DNA of 64,000 nt from Eledone cirrhosa (taxonomy: Eukaryota): contig OZ024741.1 in NCBI GenBank assembly GCA_964016885.1, positions 290,594,001-290,658,000 on the forward strand. The letters run 5' to 3'. A program made the position numbers and the translations under genes. The notes below the pieces were generated by a model. The model had not been told where the DNA came from, made no database searches, and saw only the letters and a list, made by a program, of their open reading frames with translations. Below, piece by piece: positions 1 through 10,531 of the stretch (position 1 is the stretch's first letter; each line of letters starts with the position of its first letter).

Positions 1-320
1 ATTGAAAATATTTCTTAAAAAACAAGAATATCCTGTGAACCTAGTCAATACAGTCATTTCCAAGGCCCAGGACATCCTAGTGACGATACTTAGAAAAAGA
101 GTCCAACGAAACAAAAGGGAAAAGCCAGTATCCCCTTTGTTACCTCTCATAATCCCAGGAACATGAATGAAATCATAAAAGAATCTTATATAATTTATAG
201 TAAAGGTCAATCACACAAATTAAAGAAACTACTAACCAAGGCGAAAATTACTTCAGAAAATGAAAAAAATGCAATTAAAAAGTACGGGAACATCCGATGT
301 GGAACTTACCAGAACTAATA
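1..320 (+). pseudogene. Penelope-like retroelement remnant (RT C-terminus/linker), degenerate
   Basis: Broken frames give LKIFLKKQEYPVNLV, IPFVTSHNPR and KYGNIRCGTY, resembling the L..xGYP, IPFVxTxNP and CxxxRCxxC motifs that precede the GIY-YIG domain of Penelope-like elements. Confidence 0.6.
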
Positions 321-556
321 TCAATAACGACTTTTGTAAAGATTTGAATTATTAAATAACATCAACCACCAGTGAAGTCATTCTTCCCTTTCAAATTTAT
401 CTTACTGTACTAAGGGATTCCCTTCATTTCCTACTATATATATGTATGTATATATTAAAAATCAACAAATTTAGGGGATAATATTTAGAAACTCACTAAA
501 GACAAATTTGCTGATTGACTTCGAATTCCTTATTCACTAGATTAAATAAGTTTGAC

Positions 557-558
<2 letters not shown>

Positions 559-595
<37 letters not shown>

Positions 596-599
596 TGTG

Positions 600-630
<31 letters not shown>

Positions 631-950
631 AGTTGTGGGTCTGTATATGTTTGACAGTTGTGTGTCTGTATATGTATGTATAGATATGTGTAGATGATAG
701 CGTGCGGAGGTGAGTGCGTGTGTAAGTGTAGGGGCGTACGTGTGTAGGGGAGTGTGTATGTGTATGTGTGGAAGTGTGTATCTATGGGGGTGTATGTGGA
801 TTGGTGTGTGTAGGAGTTTCAAGGGAAGTGCAATTTCGAGTGTGTAGAATGTGTGTATAGGTGTGGGTAAGTGTGTGTGTGAAGGTGAGCATATAGGGAA
901 GTGTAGGTGTGTGTTTAACTGTGTATGTGTGTAGGCATGTGTAGGTGTGC

Positions 951-986
<36 letters not shown>

Positions 987-1520
987 CACCATGTGTATGT
1001 TTGTGTAGGCATGTGTATATGTGTGTATGTAGGTGTGAGGGTGTCTATATCATTATGTATATGTGTGTGTATGTCATGTATAGGTATGTGTAGATTTTCG
1101 TGTATGTATGTCGTCATATATATGCGTGTGTATGTAGTGTGTGTGGCTATGTCGTCATGTGTGTGTGTGTATGTGTGTATGTAGTCCTGTGTAGGTGTGC
1201 ATGTATGTATGTCGTCATGTATGTGTGTGTGTATATGTATGTATGTCGTCATGTATGAGTGTGTATGTATATGTATGTGTATATGTGTGTGTGTAGTCTT
1301 GTGTAGGTGTGCGTGTATGTAAGTCGTCATTTATGGGAGTGTATATATAGATATATATATATGTATGTGTGTATGTGTGTATCTATGTATGTAAGTATGT
1401 ATGTATGTATGTATGTATGTATGTATTATGTATGTGTGTATGCATGTATATGTAAATGTATGTGTAAATACATGTATGTGTAAATGTATGTGTAAATGTA
1501 TGTGTAAATGTATATGTAAA
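559..1520. repeat. (TG)n/(TATG)n-derived low-complexity tract
   Basis: Pure and degenerate TG, TATG and TGTAAATGTATG repeats visible directly. Confidence 0.9.
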
Positions 1521-1521
1521 A

Positions 1522-4500
1522 GTGTCCTTTTACCATGCCTTGAAATGTGTTTTAAGAAATATCCCTCAGGCAGTCAAAGTCATCGTGCTTGGTGACTTTA
1601 ATGCTAGAGTGGGTAGGGATTTTAACACATGGAATGTAATCGGAAGGCATGGGGTGGGAAAGTGTAACAACAATGGTATGCTCCTGCTGCAGATGTGTGA
1701 GGAGCTGGATCTGTGTGTTACCAACATTACGTTCCAACAAAAGAACAAATTTAAGACCACATGGATGCATCCTGCATCTAAGGAATGGCATCTTTTGGAC
1801 TACGTCCTAGTCAGGATGCGTGACAGACAGGATGTGCAGTGTGTTCGTGCTCTTCGTGGAGCTGAGTGCTGGACGGACCACCGCCTGGTATGCGCAAAAG
1901 TGAAACTAATCCCTAAACGTAAAATCCGGGCTCCTGGTGTTGCCCTTCCCAGAAGATTGAATGCTGCTCGTCTCAAGGATAAAAATGTGAAGAGAACATT
2001 GCAAGAAGAGATGCAGGTTGCAGATCTTGGTGAGGATTGGCCGACCCTTAAAAGGTCGGTTTATGATGTAGGCAGGCGTGTTCTGGGATTGGTGCAGAGA
2101 AAACATCAAGACTGGTTTAATGAGAATGATGAGTATATAGATGACTTGTTGGCTGATAAGAGGCGTGCTCTGTCACGCTACTTGACGGCAAAACCACAGG
2201 AGAAGAATATGTTGCATAAGGAACTCAAGAATGTGAAATCACGTGTTAGGCGGAGTCTTTCTCAGATGAAGGATCAGTGGTGGAGTGAGAAGGCTGATGA
2301 GATACAAACTGCGTCAGATTCCAATAACACAAAGCTATTGTACAGTCTCTTGCGAGAAGTTTATGGACCGTCTTCTTCTCTGGTGACACCGCTTCGCAGC
2401 AAGGATGGCAAAGAACTTCTTCGTGTCTCACAAGGAATTCTACGAAGGTGGCGAGAGCACTTTGATGATCTTTTGAATTGGCCGTCTGTCGTCAATGAAG
2501 ATTCCCTCAATCTCATTCCAGAAAGTCCTGTGAAAGTAGTTCTCGCAGAACCCCCGACGCTTGTGGCGGTTGCAGTGGCTATCTCGAAGCTGAACAGTGG
2601 AAGGTCTCCAGGTATGGATGTCATACATGCTGAGCTCCTACAATATGGTGGTGAGAGACTCCTGCAACATCTTCACTCTTTGTTTGGCAGGACATGGGCT
2701 AATGAATCCGTACCTGAGGACTGGAGAGATGCAGTAATGGTGGTCTTGTACAAGGGAAAGGGTAACAGGAATGATTGTGGGAACTACAGAGGTATATCAT
2801 TGCTTTCTGTCGTAGGGAAAGTTTTATGTAGGGTGCTTCTGGACCGTCTGCTGACACACATTGCAGATTGTGTTCTTCCTGAAAGTCAATCTGGTTTTCG
2901 TGCTGGACGCGGCACTACTGATATGATCTTCTCAGCTAGACAGCTCCAGGAGAAGTGCATGGAACAAGGCTTGGATCTGTATCAGGTTTTTGTCGATCTG
3001 ACAAAAGCTTTCGATACTGTTAACAGAGATGCATTGTGGAAGGTTCTCCAGAAACTTGGTTGCCCTGATAAGTTCCTTGCTTTAGTTAGGTCTTTCCATG
3101 ACGACATGAAGGCTTGGGTTAATGTCGGGGGTAACATGTCGGAGCCTATCTCAGTAAAAAATGGAGGGAAACAGGGGGATATTCCAGCACCGACCCTATT
3201 TGCCATATACTTTGCAATGGTTTTCTGTATTGCATTCAGGAATTGCGAGCATGGTGTTTACATCCGATATCGAACCTCAGGCAGCATATTTAATATCAGG
3301 CGCTTCGCTGCAAAGACAAAAGTATTTACATCAATCATAAGAGACCTCTTGTATGCAGATGATTGCGATCTTGTAGCGCACACAGAGAGTGATATGCAGC
3401 ACATTTTGAATGCATTTTCTGACGCTTGCACTGCCCTAGGTCTGACTGTCAGTCTCAAGAAAACCGTCGTCATGTACCAACCTGCCCCTGGTAAGCAGTA
3501 CACTGAACCAAACATCTATGTGTATGGCAAACGACTTGGAGTGGTTGATCAATTTGTCTACCTGGGAAGCACTGTCAATCGATACAGCAACCTTGACAGT
3601 GAAATCTCACTTAGGATTAGGAAAGCAAGTGATGCTTTCGGAAAGCTAGAAAGGCGACTCTGGGGTCGGCGAGACATATGCAGGAGGACAAAGGTAAAGG
3701 TGTACAGGGCATGTGTGCTCTCTTGTCTTCTCTATGCCTGCGAGACCTGGGTCACATATCGACACCACCTTAAGCAATTGGAGCGTTTCCATCAGATGTC
3801 TCTCAGACGGATCCATGGCGTTCACTGGAGGGACCACATCAGTGATGTCGAGGTTTTGGAAAGCTCTATGTGTGACAGTATAGAAGCTCCTGTGCTTAAG
3901 CAACGACTCCGTTGGAGTGGTCACCTTGCCAGGATGAAGGATTCTAGAATACCAAAACAACTCTTTTATGGAGAGTTGGTTAAACGAAAACGACCGCCAC
4001 ATAAACCAAAAAAGAGGTATAAGGATTCCTTGAAAGCCTTTCTGAAAGACGCTAACATCTCTGCTGATACATGGGAGAATATTGCTGCTGATCGTAATAA
4101 ATGGAGAAAGACTGTATATGAGGGAAAAGTTGCCTTTGAGGCATCTCGAATCGCATACGAGAAAGTAAAGCGGGATGTAAGGAAGGGCATTGCTGTTGCA
4201 CTTCCAGACCGCGAGGGTCCTCCTATGGTGCTGACATGCAGCGTCTGTGCTAGACTCTGCCTAAGCAAAGCTGGACTCGAAAGTCATCTTCGCAGTCATA
4301 AAGTAAGACCAGTGGTTGACTACCAGGCTGCTGTTGGAGATGCTACTCATCATGCTTGCCAAACATGTGGTAGAGAATGTAAATCAGCAGGAGGGCTCAA
4401 GCGACATGCAAAAGTACACGAACTCCAACCACAGCCGACTATTCCCAGTGAATGTTTTGGTTGCCGACTCTGTGCAAGACATTTTAGATCATTGGCTGGG

Positions 4501-4533
4501 CTAAAAAGCCACATTCGATCGCAGCGCTGTTAG
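1522..4533 (+). CDS. RTE LINE ORF: partial APE endonuclease, reverse transcriptase and three C-terminal C2H2-type zinc fingers (no true start, N-truncated)
   Basis: Motifs GDFNARVG, TWMHP..WHLLDY, TDH (APE); NYRGISLL, QSGFR, FVDLTKAFD, KQG, LYADD, YLGS (RT); YACETW, RLRWSGH; then CSVC..HLRSH, CQTC..HAKVH, CRLC..HIRSQRC. 1003 codons without a stop. Confidence 0.92.
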   Translation: MSFYHALKCVLRNIPQAVKVIVLGDFNARVGRDFNTWNVIGRHGVGKCNNNGMLLLQMCEELDLCVTNITFQQKNKFKTTWMHPASKEWHLLDYVLVRMRDRQDVQCVRALRGAECWTDHRLVCAKVKLIPKRKIRAPGVALPRRLNAARLKDKNVKRTLQEEMQVADLGEDWPTLKRSVYDVGRRVLGLVQRKHQDWFNENDEYIDDLLADKRRALSRYLTAKPQEKNMLHKELKNVKSRVRRSLSQMKDQWWSEKADEIQTASDSNNTKLLYSLLREVYGPSSSLVTPLRSKDGKELLRVSQGILRRWREHFDDLLNWPSVVNEDSLNLIPESPVKVVLAEPPTLVAVAVAISKLNSGRSPGMDVIHAELLQYGGERLLQHLHSLFGRTWANESVPEDWRDAVMVVLYKGKGNRNDCGNYRGISLLSVVGKVLCRVLLDRLLTHIADCVLPESQSGFRAGRGTTDMIFSARQLQEKCMEQGLDLYQVFVDLTKAFDTVNRDALWKVLQKLGCPDKFLALVRSFHDDMKAWVNVGGNMSEPISVKNGGKQGDIPAPTLFAIYFAMVFCIAFRNCEHGVYIRYRTSGSIFNIRRFAAKTKVFTSIIRDLLYADDCDLVAHTESDMQHILNAFSDACTALGLTVSLKKTVVMYQPAPGKQYTEPNIYVYGKRLGVVDQFVYLGSTVNRYSNLDSEISLRIRKASDAFGKLERRLWGRRDICRRTKVKVYRACVLSCLLYACETWVTYRHHLKQLERFHQMSLRRIHGVHWRDHISDVEVLESSMCDSIEAPVLKQRLRWSGHLARMKDSRIPKQLFYGELVKRKRPPHKPKKRYKDSLKAFLKDANISADTWENIAADRNKWRKTVYEGKVAFEASRIAYEKVKRDVRKGIAVALPDREGPPMVLTCSVCARLCLSKAGLESHLRSHKVRPVVDYQAAVGDATHHACQTCGRECKSAGGLKRHAKVHELQPQPTIPSECFGCRLCARHFRSLAGLKSHIRSQRC

Positions 4534-4712
4534 TTGCTATCGTGTGTGTGTGTAGATATGCTTATGTGTGTGCGTGTGTGTGTATATATATATGTATATG
4601 TATATTATTATTGTTGTTGTCGTTATTATTATTGTTGTTATTATTATTATTATTATTATTGTTATTAATGTATGTGTGTGTGAGTGTGTGTGTGAGTGTG
4701 TGTGTGTATGTG

Positions 4713-4755
<43 letters not shown>

Positions 4756-4864
4756 TAAAAATTTTTATTTTATTTTTATTTATTTATTATTATTATATTA
4801 TTATTTTTTTTCTTTCTCTTCGTGCAATGGCCATACTCGATAACGAGGGGGCAGCCATCATCAT
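1522..4864 (+). mobile_element. RTE-clade LINE, 5'-truncated within the APE endonuclease; 3' UTR contains microsatellites and ends in a stem-loop plus (CAT)n tail
   Basis: ORF 1522-4533 followed by the 3' terminus TGCAATGGCCATACTCGATAACGAGGGGGCAGCCATCATCAT (4823-4864). The first 39 bp of this terminus recur identically in reverse at 51655-51693. Confidence 0.9.
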
Positions 4865-5064
4865 GTATATATGTATATACATATGTATGTGTATATAGGT
4901 GTGTGGTATAGCTTCATTTCCTCTGCCACATTGATAGTCTGGTCTTCTGGTTATATTAACATCTGATCACTTGTCAACATATGTCCACTGTGACATCATA
5001 TACTACTTGATAGCAGGAAGGTGGGGGGGGGGAGGTGCAGGGGATTAGGTTGGACTACATATGT

Positions 5065-7750
5065 GAGGGTGGTGGCGGTGGAGTGGTGGAGTAGAGGTAG
5101 TAGTAGTGGTGTTGTCGCTTGTGGTGGTTGTAGTGATGATTGTAGTGGTGGAGGGCGTGAAGTTGGTGATTGTAGTGGTGGTGTTGGTTGAGGTGATGGT
5201 AGTATTGGTGGTAGTGTTGGTGGAGGTGATGGTAGTGTTGGTGGTAGTGTTGGTGGAGGTGATGGTAGTGTTGGTGGTAGTGTTGGTGGAGGTGATGGTA
5301 GTGTTGGTGGTAGTGTTGGTGGAGGTGATTGTAGTGGTGGTGTTAGTGGAGGTGATGGAAGTGGTGGTGGTAGTGTTGGTGGTAGTGGTGGTGGTAGTGT
5401 GTGGTGTTGGTGGAGGTGATGGTAGTGATGGTGGTAGTGTTGGTGGTAGTGGTGGTGGTAGTGTGTGGTGTTGGTGGTTGTGGTGGTGGTAGTGTGTGGT
5501 GTTGGTGGAGGTGATGGTAGTTGTGGTGGTAGTGTTGGTGGTAGTGGTGATTGTTAGAGGTGGTCTTGGTGGAGGTGATGGTAGTGGTGGTAGTGTTGGT
5601 GGTAGTGGTGATTGTTAGTGGTGGTGTTGGTGGAGGTGATGGTAGTGATGGTGGTAGTGTTGGTGGTAGTGGTGGTGGTAGTGTGTGGTGTTGGTGGTAG
5701 TGGTGGTGGTAGTGTGTGGTGTTGGTGGAGGTGATGGTAGTGGTGGTGGTAGTGTTGGTGGCAGTGGTGATTGTTAGTGGTGGTGTTCGTGGAGGTGATG
5801 GTAGTGGTGGTGGTAGTGTTGGTGGTAGTGGTGAGTGTTAGTGGTGGTGTTGGTGGAGGTGATGGTAGTGGTGGTGGTAATATTGGTGGGAGTGGTGATT
5901 GTTAGTGGTGGTGATGGTTGTGGTTATTGTAATGGTGGTGTTGGTGGAGGTGATGGTGGTGGTGGTGTTCGTGGAGGTGATGGTGGTGGTGGTGGAGTTG
6001 ATGGTGGTGGTGGTGAAGATGGTGGTGTTGATGGAGGTGGTGGTGGTGGTGGTGGAGGTAGTGAGGTGGTGACTGTAGTGGTAGTGTTGGAGGTGATGGT
6101 AGTGGTGATTGTAGTGGTAGTGTTGGGGGAGGTGATGGTAGTGGTTATTGTAGTAGGGGTAGTGGTGGAGCTGATTGTAGTGGTGATTGTAGTGGTGGTG
6201 TTGGTGGAGGTGATTGTAGGGGTGGTGGAGGTGATTGTAGTGATGATTATAGTGGTGGTGTTGGTGGAGGTGATGGTAGTGGTGGTATTGTTGGTGGTAG
6301 TGTTGGTGGCAGTGGTGGTGGTAGTGGTGGTGTTGGTGGAGGTGATGGTAGTGCTGGTTGTTGTGTTGGTGGCAGTGGTGGTGGTAGTGGTGGTGTTGGT
6401 GGAGGTGATTGTAGTGATGGTAGTGTTGGTGGAGGTGATGGTAGAGGTGATGGTAGTGGTGGTGTTGGTGGAGTTGATGGTAGTGGTGATTGTAGTGGGG
6501 GTGTTGGTGGAGGTGAAGGTAGTGGTGATTCTAGTGGTGGTGTTGATGGAGGTGATGGTAGTGGTGGTGGTAGTGTTGGTGTTGGTGGAGGTGATGGTAG
6601 TGGTGGTGGTAGTGTTGGTGGAGGTGATGGTAGTGGTGGTGGTAGTGTTGGTGGAGGTGATGGTAGTGGTGGTGCTAGTGTTGGTGGAGGTGATGGTAGC
6701 GGTGATTGTAATGGTAGTGTTGGTGGAGGTGATGGTAGTGGTAGTGGTAGTGTTGGTGTTGGTGGAGGTGAAGGTAGTGGTGATTCTAGTGGTGGTGTTG
6801 GTGGAGGTGATGGTAGTGGTGGTGGTAGTGTTGGTGGAGGTGATGGTAGTGGTGATTCTAGTGGTGGTGTTGATGGAGGTGATGGTAGTGGTGGTGGTAG
6901 TGTTGGTGTTGGTGGAGGTGATGGTAGTGGTGGTGCTAGTGTTGGTGGAGGTGAAGGTAGTGGTGGTGGTAGTGTTGGTGGAGGTGATGGTAGTGGTGGT
7001 GCTAGTGTTGGTGGAGGTGAAGGTAGTGGTGATTCTAGTGGTGGTGTTGATGGAGGTGATGGTAGTGGTGGTGGTAGTGTTGGTGTTGGTGGAGGTGATG
7101 GTAGTGGTGGTGGTAGTGTTGGTGGAGGTGATGGTAGTGGTGGTGGTAGTGTTGGTGGAGGTGATGGTAGTGGTGGTGGTAGTGTTGGTGGAGGTGATGG
7201 TAGTGGTGGTGGTAGTGTTGGTGGAGGTGATGGTAGTGGTGGTGCTAGTGTTGGTGGAGGTGATGGTAGCGGTGATTGTAATGGTAGTGTTGGTGGAGGT
7301 GATGGTAGTGGTAGTGGTAGTGTTGGTGTTGGTGGAGGTGAAGGTAGTGGTGATTCTAGTGGTGGTGTTGGTGGAGGTGATGGTAGTGGTGGTGGTAGTG
7401 TTGGTGGAGGTGATGGTAGTGGTGGTGGTAATGTTGGTGGAGGTGATGGTAGCGGTGATTGTAGTGGTGGTGTTGGTAGAGGTGATGGTAGTGGTGGTGG
7501 TAGTGTTGGTGTTGGTGGAGGTGATGGTAGTGGTGGTGGTAGTGTTGTGGAGGTGATGGTAGTGGTGGTGGTAGTGTTGGTGGAGGTGATGGTAGCGGTG
7601 ATTGTAAAGGTGGTGTTGGTGATTGTAGTGGTAGTGGTGGTGGAGGTGATCGTAGTGGTGATTGTAGTGGTAGTGGTGGTGGAGGTGATTGTATTGGTAG
7701 TGTTAATGGAGGTGTTGGTATAGGTCATTGTAGTAGTGGTGGTAATGGTG
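5065..7750. repeat. (GGT)n-derived minisatellite, unit about 30 bp (GTGGTGGTAGTGTTGGTGGAGGTGATGGTA)
   Basis: Direct tandem repetition with variant units. Confidence 0.9.
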
Positions 7751-7904
7751 GGGTTGGATGGGACGGAGGAAGAAGCAAAATAAACAACAAAAATAATAAC
7801 TACACTAAAAAAACACGACAAATATAATATCATGAACAACAATAACACGATCAAGAGCGGAAGTAGACTAAATAGCATTACATCTGTAATAGCGTCACTA
7901 TTAT

Positions 7905-8604
7905 ATACACCAACACTACCACCGCCAACACAAATACCGCCACCACCAACACCACCAACACTACAACCATCACCACCACCAACACTACCCACAACCACCA
8001 TCACCAACACTATTGCCAACACCACCACCACCACAAACACCACCACCACCACCACCAACACCACCAACACTACCAACACTACCACCACCGTCACCATCAC
8101 CACTACCACCATGATCACTCCCCCACTACCACAACCTCTACAATCACTGCCATCGGCACCAACCACACCCCAACATCTACACCCACCACCACCACCAACA
8201 CCACCACCACCAACACCACCACCACCAATACCACCTACTAACACCACAACCACCAATACCACCACAACCGCCACCAACAACAATACCACCTACTAACACC
8301 ACCACTAACACCACCACCAACACCACTACTAACACCACCACCAACACAACCAACAAGAATACCACCACCAATACCACCACCAATACCACCGCCACCAACA
8401 CCACCACCATCAATACCACCTACTAACACCACCACCACCACTAATACCATCACAACCACCACCAACAAGAATACCACCACCAGCAATACCACCACAACCA
8501 CGTCCACAACCACCACCAGCACCACCAGCACCACCACCACCTACTAACGCCACCTACACCACCACCACCACCACCACCACCTACTAACACCACCACCACC
8601 ACCT
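7905..8604. repeat. (ACC)n-derived degenerate repeat, opposite polarity to the upstream block
   Basis: ACC/ACCACCAAC/CCACCTACTAAC repeats. Confidence 0.85.
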
Positions 8605-8718
8605 TTAACAAAAACAAAATGTTAACACTGTAATAAGACGACATAAAACAACTTACATCTCTAAACAACGGATATTTAATTACAGTATAAATTACAGATT
8701 ATTGTTTTTACATGCCAT

Positions 8719-8724
8719 CAATCC

Positions 8725-8783
<59 letters not shown>
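8719..8783. repeat. (TATC)n microsatellite, left end of Tx1-A array 1
   Basis: Pure ATCT repeats. Confidence 0.95.
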
Positions 8784-9763
8784 CTGGCACACTGAGTGTG
8801 CCCAGGCGCTCACCGCCCTCTGGCAGGCGGATCCGGTTATCAGTGGAGACTCCACCGCAACATTCTATAGAGGGCTGGTACGCAGCAGGTGCGACGACGC
8901 CCTCGGAGAAGCCCTAGACATGGAGGAGGACGAACTGGCCAGCCTGTTCGGTAGGACATTCAGCCCGGGACCTATGGATAACTTCCAGAAGTCCCTGGCC
9001 TGGCAGTGCTACCGAGGGGCTTTACCCGTTCGAGAAAGGCTCTACAGACACGGGCGCCCGGGTAGGGACCCCGCCAAAAAGATCTGTCCCAGATGCGTGT
9101 GCGACGAGGAAACCGTTGCACACGCATTAGTACACTGCTCGGGCGTAGCCGATCTGTGGGGCTATGTCGAACAACTGCTGTCAAGGGTGGGACCGATCCG
9201 GTTGACCACCGAGTCTATTGTAATGATCAAGCCGCCTCCCCCCTTCAAAGATGAAGCAGAGGCGGTGTTTCTGTGCGTAATAGCCATGGCGAAAGAGGTT
9301 GTATGGTGGACGCGTCTGAAAGGACTGAGGTCGGGCACCTTTCTCTCTGGCCAACAACTGGTCCGTTTCTTCCGATATCATTTCGGAAGAAGGATCAGGA
9401 TGGAGAGAGAGGTGCTGCACCCCAGCCGTTTCTATGAAAGATGGGTGAAAGTGGCGAGAATGGCCCGTGTGAATGGGCCTTCACTCTACATCAGACTATA
9501 GGTGAGGAAGATGAAAGACCAAGGGAGCACCCCTTCTCTGTGCTCCTGAGGAGAAGGGTTGCACACTTTTTTCGGGGGTGTGTGCGACCCCCCAAGGCGC
9601 CTCCTCTCTATTGAGGATTTTGTTAAAAATTTTATTTTTTGTTATATCTTATTTTATTTTTATATTTTGTTATTGCCTCCTCCTTATTGAGGACGCCTTT
9701 TTGTGTAAACTCCCCCCTTTGTACTTGTCCCACTTTTGATGCCCTAGTGGCAAATAAAAGAAA
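8784..9763 (+). mobile_element. Tx1/L1-clade LINE family A, copy A1 (5'-truncated: ORF2 C-terminus with CCHC knuckle plus 3' UTR)
   Basis: ORF 8920-9501 has LAWQCYRGALPV..CPRC..ETVAHALVHC. The element ends AATAAAAGAAA and is flanked by (TATC)n on both sides. Confidence 0.88.
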
Positions 9764-9781
9764 TATATCTATCTATCTATC

Positions 9782-9812
<31 letters not shown>

Positions 9813-9868
9813 CTCTCTCTCTCTCTCTCTGTCTGTCTATCTATCTATCTATCTATCTATTTCTCTAT

Positions 9869-10476
9869 CTGCCCGGGCGTAAGCGACCTGTGGAACTATG
9901 CAGAACAACTGCTGTCGCGTATGGAACAAATCCAGTTGACTGCCGAGTCCATAGTAAGGATCAAACCGCCAGCCTCTTTCAAAAACGAAAGAGAGGTGGT
10001 TTTCCTCTGTACAGTGGCTATGGTGAAAGAAGTTATATGGTGGACGAGATTGAGAGGACTGAGGACAGATGCCTTATTCCCCGGACAACAAATGATTCCC
10101 TTCTTTAAGTATCACTTTAGAAGAAGAATCAGAGTGGAAAGAGAGGCACTGCACACCAGTAAATTTACTGAAAGGTGGGTGAAGGAAGCGAAAATGGCCC
10201 GAGTGATTGGGCCTTCTCTGTTTATAAGCCTGTAGGTTAAAGAAGAGAGTAAACGGAAGAAGGGAGCACTTGCACAACATGCTCCTGAAGTTGAGGGTTG
10301 TTCTATCAACGGGGTATTAAACAACCGATTTGTGGCGTCTCCCCCTTATTGGGGGTTTCGATTGTTATAATTGTTTATTTGTTTTATATTTTTGTTTATA
10401 CGACTGTATGTAAAATCCCCGGCATGTGTCTTTGTATTGTCCCCTTTTCTTGTGCGCCCTTGTGGCAAATAAAGAA

Positions 10477-10477
<1 letters not shown>
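9869..10477 (+). mobile_element. Tx1 family A copy A2 (short 3' fragment, diverged subfamily)
   Basis: CPGVSDLWNYAEQLL..KEVIWWTRL..GPSLFISL*, then a 3' UTR ending AATAAAGAAA into (TCTA)n. Confidence 0.85.

Positions 10478-10527
<50 letters not shown>

Positions 10528-10531
<4 letters not shown>

Noticed and set aside
496-1595. Cys/Val/Tyr/His/Thr-rich short ORFs here and throughout (e.g. 20374-21274, 50676-50970)
   Set aside because: Translations of (TG)n, (TA)n and (CA)n microsatellites.
4234-4533. Host C2H2 zinc-finger gene exon
   Set aside because: In frame with the RT, lacks TGEKP linkers, and is followed by the LINE 3' terminus.
5835-8289. 573-aa Val-rich ORF (+) and 680-aa Pro-rich extensin/formin-like ORF (-)
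   Set aside because: Both are translations of the triplet-based GGT minisatellite, with no non-repetitive domain, credible start or splice context.
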